Shown here: piece after piece, positions 9,192 to 17,432 of the stretch | Numbering within the stretch: the stretch's first letter is position 1 | Layout of the letters: each line of letters begins with the position of its first letter | DNA from: Planctomycetaceae bacterium | GTDB taxonomy: Bacteria; Planctomycetota; Phycisphaerae; SM23-33 | Length of the DNA stretch: 64,000 nucleotides | Direction: 5' to 3' | Assembly: GCA_039680605.1 (NCBI GenBank) | Contig: JBDKTA010000033.1 | Coordinates: 18,463 to 82,462 of the forward strand | Made by a program: the position numbers and the translations under genes | The notes under the pieces: generated by a model | The model's database searches: none | What the model was told of the DNA's origin: nothing | Seen by the model: the letters and a program-made list of their open reading frames with translations, nothing else

Positions 9192-9923
9192 TCACATGGA
9201 GCACAGCGCCAACCGCGCGGCGGCGTACTCCCAGTTGGCCAGCTTTTCGACGAATGCGTCCACCCAGTCCGCTCGCTTGTTCTGGTACTGCAGGTAGTAG
9301 GCATGCTCCCACACGTCGCAGACCAGCAGCGGCGCCACGCCCCAGATCGTCAGGTCCTGGTGGCGCTCGGCCTGAAGGATCACCAGCTTGCGGGCGATCG
9401 GTTCGTACGCCAGAACGCCCCATCCGCTGGCCTCGACGGTCTTGGTGGCGGCGGCGAACTGCTTTTGGCAGGCCTCAACGCTGCCAAAGCTGTCGTTCAT
9501 CGCCTTGGCCAGCGAATCGGTCGGCTTGGCGCCGCCGGGCGTCATCGAATGCCAGAACAGCGTGTGCAGCACGTGCCCGCTGCCGTTGAACGCCAGGTCG
9601 CGAGACAACGCCTTGACCTGAGCCATGTCGCCCTTGCTGCGGGCGGCCGCCAGATCCGCCATCGCGGCGTTGAGCCCCTTGACGTATCCGGCGTGATGTT
9701 TCTCGTAGTGGATCTTGAGCGCTTCGCCGTTGTACGCCGGTTCGAGAGCTTTGAAGTCGTACGGCAAGGGCGGAAGGACGTACTCGTTGCCCTTGTAACC
9801 CTGCTGAAGCGTGACCGCCGGGTCGGTCCGCACGTCGGCCCCCTCAGCCAGCGCCCCGCCGGCAGCGAGCACCGTCCCCGCCGCGCCAAGGGCAGTCACC
9901 ACATCGCGTCTGGAAATGTCCAT
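9192..9923 (-). CDS. sodA: Fe/Mn-family superoxide dismutase with a Tat-type signal (exported)
   Basis: MDISRRDVVTALGAAGTVLAAGGALA twin-arginine leader, then SOD motifs (KHHAGYV..., DVWEHAYY). AAGGAG RBS upstream of the ATG at 9923. The track ORF starts earlier at 9977. Confidence 0.9.
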   Translation of the reverse strand: MDISRRDVVTALGAAGTVLAAGGALAEGADVRTDPAVTLQQGYKGNEYVLPPLPYDFKALEPAYNGEALKIHYEKHHAGYVKGLNAAMADLAAARSKGDMAQVKALSRDLAFNGSGHVLHTLFWHSMTPGGAKPTDSLAKAMNDSFGSVEACQKQFAAATKTVEASGWGVLAYEPIARKLVILQAERHQDLTIWGVAPLLVCDVWEHAYYLQYQNKRADWVDAFVEKLANWEYAAARLALCSM

Positions 9924-9977
9924 CGCAAATCTCCTTGTTTGAGAGAGACTCTTGAGCTTTCGGCTCAAACCAAACAA

Positions 9978-10017
9978 TCAGCTATCAGCAAGAGTATCCG
10001 CTCTTGCTGATAGCTGA
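9978..10017 (-). terminator. Rho-independent terminator for the Cys-rich gene (17-bp perfect stem)
   Basis: TCAGCTATCAGCAAGAG-tatccg-CTCTTGCTGATAGCTGA followed on the minus strand by TTGATTGTTTGGTTTG. Confidence 0.6.
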
Positions 10018-10042
10018 AAGCCGATAGCTTACCGTGCTTTGG

Positions 10043-10534
10043 CTATTTTGCCGCATCCAGTTTGGTCTGTTTGTCGGCGTCGCTGAGCTTGTCCCAAGCC
10101 GCCGGGCACCCGCCACAGCAGAAAGCGACCTTCTGGCCTTTGAACTCGCGCGTCAAGGCCGCTGTAACCTTTGCCGGGTTAATCTTAGACCCCATCATCG
10201 GACATTTGGTGTTGGCGAAGTCGGATTTTGTCTCGACGGCCGCGGCGCCGGCTTTGTCCTTGTGGCCATCGACTGGGCAGCAGGCTTTCAGTTCCTTGGT
10301 GCAGGCCTTGGCGGCTTTGTCTTTGCAGCAGGCGGCGCAATTGTCTCCGCAACAGGCTTTGCAGTCGCCCTTGCAGCAGGTTTTACAGGCGTCTGTGTCT
10401 TTGCAGGGCTGCGTACAGGGCGTCTTTTCGTCGCCGGCGGCCGTCACGCTCGATTGCGTAACCCCAAGGACGCCCGAAAGCAGTACCGCAAGGCCCGCCA
10501 CCAGCAGCAGGGTACGTGAGTTCTTCATAACCAT
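10043..10534 (-). CDS. Secreted cysteine-rich metal-binding protein (metallothionein-like Cys repeats + C-terminal YHS/TRASH-like domain)
   Basis: AAAGGA RBS, signal peptide, CKTCCKGDCKACCGDNCAACCKDKAAKAC repeats, and a C-terminal KCPMMGSKINPAKV...KVAFCCGGCPAAWDKL resembling the YHS domain. Confidence 0.6.
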   Translation of the reverse strand: MVMKNSRTLLLVAGLAVLLSGVLGVTQSSVTAAGDEKTPCTQPCKDTDACKTCCKGDCKACCGDNCAACCKDKAAKACTKELKACCPVDGHKDKAGAAAVETKSDFANTKCPMMGSKINPAKVTAALTREFKGQKVAFCCGGCPAAWDKLSDADKQTKLDAAK

Positions 10535-10745
10535 ATTCCTTTGTCAGGGGCGCTCGAATGATTGTTGACCCGGGCGGGCGCCGTCGCCTCGGGCACCCTT
10601 ATAACGGGGTCAAGGCATAGTAGGTTCCCTGAAACGCCTTTAAGCATAAAAAGGAGGATGAAATCTTTCGCCTCTTGCCCGCCAGACATGGGAGCCTATA
10701 ATGGTTCAACTTTGTGGAACAAACACGACCGGAAAGGTTTTACTC

Positions 10746-11003
10746 ATGGCAGATGAAACAGTTGGCAATGAGACGATGGACGCCCAGGTTGGCGCGGTGA
10801 TCGACAAGATCAGACCGATGCTCCAGGCCGACGGCGGCGATATCGAATTGGTTGGCATCGACTCCGAAGGCGTGGTGTCGGTCAAGTTGCAGGGCGCCTG
10901 CAAGGGCTGCCCCGGCGCCAAGATGACCCTCAAGATGGGCGTCGAGCGCCACCTCAAGCAGCAAGTGCCCGGCGTGACGAAAGTCGTCGCGGTCGAAGAC
11001 TAA
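10746..11003 (+). CDS. NifU-like (Nfu) Fe-S cluster scaffold C-terminal-domain protein
   Basis: IDKIRPMLQADGGDIELVGIDSEGVVSVKLQGACKGCPGAKMTLKMGVERHLKQQVPGV, the classic Nfu CxxC core. The start is taken at the in-frame ATG 10746; the track ORF starts at 10701. Confidence 0.75.
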   Translation: MADETVGNETMDAQVGAVIDKIRPMLQADGGDIELVGIDSEGVVSVKLQGACKGCPGAKMTLKMGVERHLKQQVPGVTKVVAVED

Positions 11004-11017
11004 ACGAATGAGGAGCA

Positions 11018-11058
11018 GTGGGCCACAGACCTTCCTGCCGGCAGGCAGGGACACAGAG
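11018..11058. repeat. Palindrome CCTGCCGGCAGGCAGG element, left copy of an inverted pair
   Basis: TGGGCCACAGACCTTCCTGCCGGCAGGCAGGGACACAG. Its reverse complement is found at 11405-11443. Confidence 0.7.
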
Positions 11059-11404
11059 GTCTTGGCGCGCCCTCGCTTCGTTCGGCCGCAACCAAAGGGG
11101 GCTCTTCGCCGCCCAAGCCTCGATCAGTTTCGCCGGCCGCCGTCGCCGTAGGACCCCAGGCCCCAAGCCGGCCCCCCGGTAGCCTCCGTTTGGCCCCTGC
11201 CCACGACGCCGGCGGCCTCATCCCGCTGCGATTGAAGCTATCTTGTTACTCTTCCTCACCGGGGGGGACCTTCGACGGAGTCGGCTCGGGATGGCGTTGT
11301 GTTTCATGCCATCCCGTGTTGTGGCTCACCGCTGACGGTTAGTATTACAGAGAAACAATCTCGCTCTGTGTTCTCCCGCCTTCGCCAAGGCTACGGAGGG
11401 CAGG

Positions 11405-11443
11405 CTGTGTCCCTGCCTGCCGGCAGGCAGGTCTGTGGCCCAC
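11405..11443. repeat. Palindrome element, right inverted copy (CTGCCTGCCGGCAGGCAGG core)
   Basis: CTGTGTCCCTGCCTGCCGGCAGGCAGGTCTGTGGCCCA. The core 19-20 bp palindrome also occurs near 20990, 23035 and 42980. Confidence 0.7.
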
Positions 11444-11508
11444 CAACGTCCCTGCAGGGCGCAGAGACAACACTTGAACATCTTCGGCGAGGGGGCTACC
11501 ATCCTGCC

Positions 11509-12084
11509 ATGATCGTCGTCCTCGACAACTACGACAGCTTTACGTACAACCTCGTTCAGCGCATCGGCGAGCTGGGCACCGGGCACGAGATCCACGTTTT
11601 CCGCAACGACGTGATCACGGCCGAGCAGGTCGAGCAGGAATACAAGCCCACGCACCTGATCATATCGCCGGGCCCGTGTACGCCCAACGAGGCGGGGTAT
11701 AGCTGCGATTTCGTCAGGCACTTCCATGGCAAGATTCCGATCCTGGGCGTGTGCCTGGGCCACCAGTGCATGGGACAGGTCTTCGGCGGCAAGGTAGTCC
11801 GCGCCGGCCGCTTGATGCACGGCAAAACCAGCGAGATCCGCCACGACGGCCGCGGCGTGCTGGCGGGACTGCCCAACCCCTTCACCGCGACGCGCTACCA
11901 CAGCCTGGTAGTAGACCCCGACGGCCTCGACACCGACTTCGAGCAGACCGCCTGGACCACCGACCAGAACGAGCTGATGGGCATCCGCAGCAAATCCGCC
12001 CCCACCGAAGGCGTGCAATACCATCCCGAGAGCTTTTTAACCGAAGTCGGCCACGACCTGCTGCGGAATTTCTTGAAGCTGTAA
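11509..12084 (+). CDS. trpG: Anthranilate/aminodeoxychorismate synthase component II (glutamine amidotransferase)
   Basis: MIVVLDNYDSFTYNL..., catalytic GVCLGHQ and YHPES motifs. The track ORF is extended upstream through repeat DNA. Confidence 0.9.
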   Translation: MIVVLDNYDSFTYNLVQRIGELGTGHEIHVFRNDVITAEQVEQEYKPTHLIISPGPCTPNEAGYSCDFVRHFHGKIPILGVCLGHQCMGQVFGGKVVRAGRLMHGKTSEIRHDGRGVLAGLPNPFTATRYHSLVVDPDGLDTDFEQTAWTTDQNELMGIRSKSAPTEGVQYHPESFLTEVGHDLLRNFLKL

Positions 12085-12461
12085 ACTACTCCGCAACTGG
12101 GAACCGGGAACCGGGGCCGGGGAGATTCACCGCAGAGGTCGCGAAGAACGCAGAGGTTGTTGGTTACTCATCCACAATTCCGCATTCCATTCTTCCGTTC
12201 CCCGCGGCCTTGGGCTATCATCATTTCAACTGACCAAGCGGCTCTGTTCATGTGAGAAGTAGGATCATATGAAAAAGACGATGATTTTCCTGCTGTTGAC
12301 TGCCGCTTCAGGATGCCGGGAAGAACTTTCTGTCACCGAGGCGGCCAGTCCCCCAAGTGAAAAAGAACTGAGACTACCGATGGGACATCCTCCCTCTTTG
12401 AGGTCGTAGGTTCTTATTCTACTGATGAGTCGCCAGCTTGTGAGTATTAGAGGGTGCCAGG

Positions 12462-13250
12462 ATGAAACTCCTTTTGCCGACAGAGGCAGCCGAGCAGTAC
12501 AGAAGCAACTCGCAAAAAGCTCGTATCATTACGGAAACTTGGGCAGCCAATAACGTCTACTGCGCCGAGTGTTCCTCAGTTTCTTTGTCACCAGCACAAG
12601 CGAATACACCAGCAATTGATTTCATCTGCCCCGTTTGCAGAGCACAGTATCAGCTAAAATCCACAGCCCGCCCAATCGGATCGAGAGTAATGGACGCTGG
12701 ATATGACGCCATGCTCAGAGCTATACGAACGGACGGCTTGCCTAATTTTCTGATCCTCAGCTACAGCGGAAATCTTGTTCAGGAGTTGCTGCTTATCCCC
12801 CGTTTTAGCTTGTCGCCTACGGCAATACAGCCGCGCCCTCCACTTTCATCCGGCGCTCGGCGCGCCGGGTGGGTCGGATGTAACATCCTCTTGGAACAAG
12901 TTCCATCGCTTGCGAGGATTCTGATCGTTGAATCCGGACATTGCATCCTCCCAGAAAGAGTGCGGGCAAAATTCAAATCTGTCGCCGGGTTGGCACAGCT
13001 TAGACCTACGTGCCGGGGGTGGACATTGGATGTCCTTGCCGCACTCCGAAGTCTGAATCGAAGGGTCTTTCGCCTGGAAGACGTATACGGGCTTGAACCA
13101 CAATTGGCTACACTTCATCCAAATAACAATCACATACGCCCCAAAATCAGACAGCAACTTCAAATTTTGCGAGACTTGAATCTTCTGCGCTTCATGGGAG
13201 GTGGACACTATGAACTATTCGAAGACCAAGGCACAACCTATATTGCATGA
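12462..13250 (+). CDS. DpnI-like (Dam-replacing family) methyl-directed Type IIM restriction endonuclease
   Basis: 262 aa. YRSNSQKARIITETW, a C4 zinc ribbon (CAECS...CPVC), ARRAGWVGCNILL and IRQQLQILRDLNLL motifs. By recollection these match the R.DpnI/DRP family. AT-richer than the flanks. Confidence 0.6.
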   Translation: MKLLLPTEAAEQYRSNSQKARIITETWAANNVYCAECSSVSLSPAQANTPAIDFICPVCRAQYQLKSTARPIGSRVMDAGYDAMLRAIRTDGLPNFLILSYSGNLVQELLLIPRFSLSPTAIQPRPPLSSGARRAGWVGCNILLEQVPSLARILIVESGHCILPERVRAKFKSVAGLAQLRPTCRGWTLDVLAALRSLNRRVFRLEDVYGLEPQLATLHPNNNHIRPKIRQQLQILRDLNLLRFMGGGHYELFEDQGTTYIA

Positions 13251-13488
13251 TGTAGATGGGGCACCTTTCCGCATTGGGGAGACAGTTGTTGTTGTGCAAG
13301 TCACGGACGACACTGTATCAAGCAGTTTCATTGGCTCCGTTGGAAAAGTAGTCTCTCTGGAGTATTCATGTGGTTGTGGGCAGTCATTCCCCTTTGACCC
13401 TATGATAATGGTCCATTTTCCCAATGGAAGAAAAGAGGAGTTTTGGCGGGAGGAGATCCGCAGGTGCTCTCCCACGGTTTGCGAATAG
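13210..13488 (+). CDS. Hypothetical small protein (island-encoded)
   Basis: GGAGGTGG RBS 7 nt before the ATG. 92 aa, no recognisable domain. The start overlaps the end of the DpnI-like gene. Confidence 0.45.
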   Translation: MNYSKTKAQPILHDVDGAPFRIGETVVVVQVTDDTVSSSFIGSVGKVVSLEYSCGCGQSFPFDPMIMVHFPNGRKEEFWREEIRRCSPTVCE

Positions 13489-13717
13489 AACAGCCGCACC
13501 GGATGGGCATACTTCCACATCGGATTATTTGGCGAGTATGAGACCAGCGGCGACCATCCTGGCGGCAGGAGTGCTGACCGGCATGGCCGGTGGGCAGTCG
13601 TGCCAGCAGTGGCGCGGGCCCGACCGCAGCAGTAAATCTGCTCTGTCGCGGCGACAATTTGGTCTTTCTGGCGTAAGGGCAACAGAGAAAAGATGATTTC
13701 AGCAGAGAGGGCAGGTA

Positions 13718-14335
13718 ATGAAGGTTCTGTTCCTGGACGAATCCGGTGACCACAGCCTGGAAAAGATCGACCCGCAGTACCCGCTCTTCGTGCTGGCCGG
13801 CATAATCGTGGATCAAGGCTACGCTGAGGGCGAATTGACTGCCCGCCTCGATAAGTTCAAGCGTGCCCTGTTCGGCCGCACCGATCTGATTCTCCACACC
13901 TCTGATATCACCCGGAACCGCAACGGTTTTGAACGCCTGATCGAGCCGGGTTTTAGAGAGCGTTGCTACAGCGAATTGAACGCTCTGATCGCTTCGCTCA
14001 CCTTCAAGGTGGTTGCGGCCGTTATCCGGAAGGACATGCATCTTGATCGCTATGGGATGGCAGCTCTGGACCCGTACATGTTGAGCCTACATATTCTTGT
14101 GGAGCGATTCTGCTTCGAAATAGGCAATGTCGAAGGCGGCGGGCTTGTTGTGGCCGAGCGCCGAGCGCCAACCCTTGATCATGAGCTTGAACTGGCGTAC
14201 ATGAGCCTCAAGATTCAAGGCACCAGATTCATTCGGGCAAGCGATATAGAAAGACTATTACCAGTCTCAACCTTCGGCGAAAGTCGGACAATCTGGCGGG
14301 ATTGCAGTTGGCTGATCTCGTGGCTTCTCCGATAG
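13718..14335 (+). CDS. DUF3800 family protein, apparently frameshifted near the C-terminus
   Basis: MKVLFLDESGDHS N-terminus typical of DUF3800. The family's conserved C-terminal GLQLADLVA motif is encoded in a different frame (about 14283-14463), implying a -1/+2 frameshift or a sequence error. Confidence 0.6.
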   Translation: MKVLFLDESGDHSLEKIDPQYPLFVLAGIIVDQGYAEGELTARLDKFKRALFGRTDLILHTSDITRNRNGFERLIEPGFRERCYSELNALIASLTFKVVAAVIRKDMHLDRYGMAALDPYMLSLHILVERFCFEIGNVEGGGLVVAERRAPTLDHELELAYMSLKIQGTRFIRASDIERLLPVSTFGESRTIWRDCSWLISWLLR

Positions 14336-14707
14336 GCCGACATGTTCTCGGAAAGCCGGACAAGGAGGATTACAGAATCATCGCGAGCAAGTACCGCACA
14401 AGCTGGAAGGGCGATGTAGCGGGGTTTGGATTGGTGGTGCTGCCCAAGGGAGCAAAAGAATAAGGCCAGGACCCGCTACGCAGTTCCCAGCCTCTGTAAG
14501 TATTATCGGAGGCCTCGTCCGAGAAATCAAGCGTCCCCGACAAAAACTTTCTCCTCCTCCCGCGTCCGCGCGTCACGAAGTCGTTCTTCTTCCGATCCAG
14601 GGCGGGGCTCCGTGCTGGCGGGGGTGTTGGGGCGTCCACCGCTTTCGCTGCGGTCGGGAGTCGTCTTCATCGTCGCGCAATCCCATGGCGCGAGCCAGGG
14701 CAGGGTT

Positions 14708-15301
14708 CTAGCTCTTGCACTGGCAAGCGCGATGGAACGCAATCAGCGGATCAAGATCCCCCTTTTCAGCGGCCTTGACGGCGCGGATGTACTCATCCCT
14801 TACGTTGTTCGCCAGGGGTCCGTCCGCGTGTATATCTCTGCTGGGCCAGATAAGGACTTGCCCCTTCTGTTGTCTTATCCAGATGTTCGTAAGCGTCCGC
14901 GCCCAGCGCCCATTGCCATCGCGAAAAGGATGTATTTCAACTGATCCGCTATGCAGTCTGGCAGCCTGTTCTTCCAGGGGCACATTCTCTGACTTCATGT
15001 AGTGCAGGTTGTCCAGAAGTTCTTGCAGTCGCGCTTCTATCGTCCACCACTGCTTTATCCCGATGGTCAGTTCGCAGTTTCGGAATTGCCCCCCATCCGT
15101 CCGCGTAGCGCCAAACATTTCACTATGGACTCGCTGACACCACGTTACCGTAAAGGGCGCCATTCGCTTTGTCGGCGGCCTGGCAAGATACTTAGCTTCC
15201 ACGGCGGCAATAGCGGTTAGCTCCATATCAAACAGGGCGTCGGGCGATAGCGTCCGATCGCGCTGATAGGAGATATCCGCCGGTCCAATTGCTTCTGTCA
15301 A
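14708..15301 (-). CDS. Fic/Doc family protein ('mobile mystery protein B')
   Basis: HPFRDGNGRWAR Fic motif. TTG start with GGAGG RBS. Immediately downstream of an HTH partner gene. Confidence 0.8.
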   Translation of the reverse strand: MTEAIGPADISYQRDRTLSPDALFDMELTAIAAVEAKYLARPPTKRMAPFTVTWCQRVHSEMFGATRTDGGQFRNCELTIGIKQWWTIEARLQELLDNLHYMKSENVPLEEQAARLHSGSVEIHPFRDGNGRWARTLTNIWIRQQKGQVLIWPSRDIHADGPLANNVRDEYIRAVKAAEKGDLDPLIAFHRACQCKS

Positions 15302-15319
15302 CTGCCTACCCCTCCACCG

Positions 15320-15703
15320 CTACTTGGACCACAGCCGCAAACGTGAACCCGCAAGAAGATCATGTTCGATGCTTTTGGTGGCTTGATCCAGTGCTTTCTT
15401 CCGCGCGGGTTGGGCTTCAAGGGCAGACGACCCTTGTGCTATCGAAACGATTTCTCTCGCTTTGCGCTTAGCTTGTCGGCGTTTCACTCCGTCCGCTTTG
15501 TTCTTGCGGACAATGCCAAGATCAACCTCCAACGCATTAGCTATGGCGGCCAGGTTATCTAGCCTTGCGGAGGTTTCGCCCATCAGAATCCGCCGCACAG
15601 TGCGCAGGGGAAGTCTTGCTCTGTCTGCAACGACGGCGCTTGACATGCCAAGTTGCCTACGGCGCTCTTCCAGATCGTTCAGAATGTTCTCTACATAGGT
15701 CAT
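15320..15703 (-). CDS. HTH XRE-family transcriptional regulator ('mobile mystery protein A')
   Basis: LGMSSAVVADRARLPLRTVRRILMGE helix-turn-helix. Ends 19 nt before the Fic gene. Confidence 0.75.
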   Translation of the reverse strand: MTYVENILNDLEERRRQLGMSSAVVADRARLPLRTVRRILMGETSARLDNLAAIANALEVDLGIVRKNKADGVKRRQAKRKAREIVSIAQGSSALEAQPARKKALDQATKSIEHDLLAGSRLRLWSK

Positions 15704-15948
15704 GTTGTTTCTCTCCACCAGCAAGAGCATTATACGCTCTGTCCACCATATCGGCAAGCTAAAAATAGGACATAAATGTCCGCATAACAGAATCTCCAAT
15801 ATATACAATATTCTATTAACTAAATACTTCGGTCAGATACCGTCCAGAATACGAACATCATATAGAAGGCCTGGGGCGTGAAAGCGGTGGGCGTCGCCTT
15901 TTCGAGGATCGAGGATCCAGGAACGAGGATCTCGCTTCTGGATCACCC

Positions 15949-16935
15949 TCACCATCTTCGGGCGAATCTGTGGCGCGGGGGCGGGTCGCCGGGCTTGGGT
16001 TTGTTCTCCTCGATCCAGGGCTCGAGTTCTTCGAGGCTTCCCGGCCGCGGGGCGTTGGCGGGCTTGGGCTTGGGCTTGGGCTTGGGCGGGAGCAGCCCGA
16101 GCCTCTTGAGCCGCATGCGCTCCTGGTTGGCCCGCTGAGCGTCGGCCAGCGTGTAGGGCTTGGCGAGGGTTGGGGACGGTGCGGCCGCAGGCTTCCTGGC
16201 GAGTCTTGCCGGCCGGGCGGCAGCGGGTTTGGGGGCGGTCGGCTGGGCCGGGGTCCGGGCGGGATCGGCGGCGGGCGGAGCGCCTGTCTGAATATCCGGT
16301 GGCACAGGCTTTCCAGCCTGTGATTCACGGCCTGGAAAAGCCGTGCCACCTTCACGGTCTGGAAAGGCCGTGCCACCTGGTGATTCGGCGGCGGGCGGGC
16401 GGTCGGGCTTTTCGGCCGAGGGGCCTTGGGCCTGTTCGGCTGTTTGGTCCTTTGCCCCTGTTTGGGCGTCCTTGATGTCCTTGGTGTCCTTTAGGTCCTT
16501 GGGTTCTTGTGTCCGCTGGGCGTGCGCGGCCACGCCCGCGACTGGTTGGGGCGTCATCGCGCCCGCCGGCCGGGGCGGTTTGGCCGAATCGGCCAGGAGG
16601 GTCGTGAGGACGTCGGCAGCGTCTTGGCCTGCGAGCAGGTGGTTGAGGATGAACTCGCGGCATTTGCGGGCGGTTTCGCCGCCGGCGGTGAGTCCTTCGG
16701 CCACGTGGGCGCGCATCAGGTCGGCGGCGCGTTGGGCGGCGGCGTCGCGGACGGCCTTGCGGCGGTCCTGGAGGATCTCGCGCACGCGCTGGGCGATATG
16801 CCCGCGGTAGTCGCCGCGGGCGATCTTGCCGACCATCGAGACGGTCAGGCCGACGGCCTGGGCGATCTTGTCGTAATGCGCTCCCTCGGAGAGCAGTTCC
16901 ACCAGCAGATCTTCGTTGTAATTGGCGACGGACAT
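15949..16935 (-). CDS. Putative HTH DNA-binding protein with a low-complexity, repeat-containing C-terminal region
   Basis: AAGGAG RBS 6 nt before the second ATG (16935). N-terminal SVANYNEDLLVELLSEGAHYDKIAQAVGLTVSMVGKIARG resembles a sigma region-4/terminase-small-subunit HTH. The ORF then reads through three REP-A units (GGTAFP...QAGKPVPP) and Pro/Lys-rich sequence, so the true stop is uncertain. Confidence 0.45.
   Translation of the reverse strand: MSVANYNEDLLVELLSEGAHYDKIAQAVGLTVSMVGKIARGDYRGHIAQRVREILQDRRKAVRDAAAQRAADLMRAHVAEGLTAGGETARKCREFILNHLLAGQDAADVLTTLLADSAKPPRPAGAMTPQPVAGVAAHAQRTQEPKDLKDTKDIKDAQTGAKDQTAEQAQGPSAEKPDRPPAAESPGGTAFPDREGGTAFPGRESQAGKPVPPDIQTGAPPAADPARTPAQPTAPKPAAARPARLARKPAAAPSPTLAKPYTLADAQRANQERMRLKRLGLLPPKPKPKPKPANAPRPGSLEELEPWIEENKPKPGDPPPRHRFARRW
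16298..16378. repeat. REP family A cluster (three units)
   Basis: GGTGGCACAGGCTTTCCAGCCTGTG...CACGGCCTGGAAAAGCCGTGCCACC...CACGGTCTGGAAAGGCCGTGCCACC. Confidence 0.8.
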
Positions 16936-17380
16936 TGACGGCTCCTTGAACACGGACAAAGACTTACCACAGAAACTCAGAGGTCACGCAGGTAAGAGAC
17001 GGAACTTCAGAACGATTCTGGAAGCAGGCTCAGGCGATAGAGCCCCTGCAAAAGCGCAACAAAAAAGGCACCTGACCGGTGCCTCATTCTCTGCCCCTAT
17101 TTTAATTATAGCGCTTGGGCAGTTTCGTCAAGTCGCGTTTCTTTCGCGGCAGATTTTTTCGCTCTGGCGCAGCAGGAAAATGCAGATTTCTGCCGGGGAA
17201 AAAAGAATATTTCCCGCGCGGGACACCTGGGTTTTGGGACAAACGCGTGTCGCTGTAAGTGACTGCAAATACAGTATTTATAAATAGAGCCGGCGTCTTT
17301 CCAACTCGTTCCAAACACTGAACTTATGAGCGATGGGATACCCGCGGCAACAGCACGGGCCAGACTCCCGTGCCACAACC

Positions 17381-17413
17381 GCTGTGAAAAGTACAACAAA
17401 GTGCAAGGAAGTG
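17381..17413. repeat. Conserved 33-nt element GCTGTGAAAAGTACAACAAAGTGCAAGGAAGTG (copy 1)
   Basis: Exact 33/33 identity with 47914-47946. Both copies lie 20-50 nt past the stop of a minus-strand gene (mgtE here). Confidence 0.7.
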
Positions 17414-17432
17414 CAGCGAGAGCGTTTTCGGA

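Noticed and set aside
10658-10756. Small ORF (MKSFASCPPDMGAYNGSTLWNKHDRKGFTHGR) with a strong AAAAAGGAGG RBS upstream of the NifU-like gene
   Set aside because: It is only 33 aa, overlaps a candidate TTGCCC-N16-TATAAT promoter for the NifU-like gene, and has no conserved features. It could be a leader peptide, but the evidence is insufficient.
12269-12409. 47-aa ORF with a lipoprotein-like N-terminus (MKKTMIFLLLTAASGC) at the left edge of island 1
   Set aside because: Below the length where coding can be supported from sequence alone. It is plausible and worth checking, but was not called.
16298-16378. Clusters of REP family A units considered as a possible CRISPR array
   Set aside because: Units are imperfect palindromes with variable short spacers of 0-40 nt, scattered singly or in pairs across the window. 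There is no regular repeat-spacer periodicity and no cas genes.
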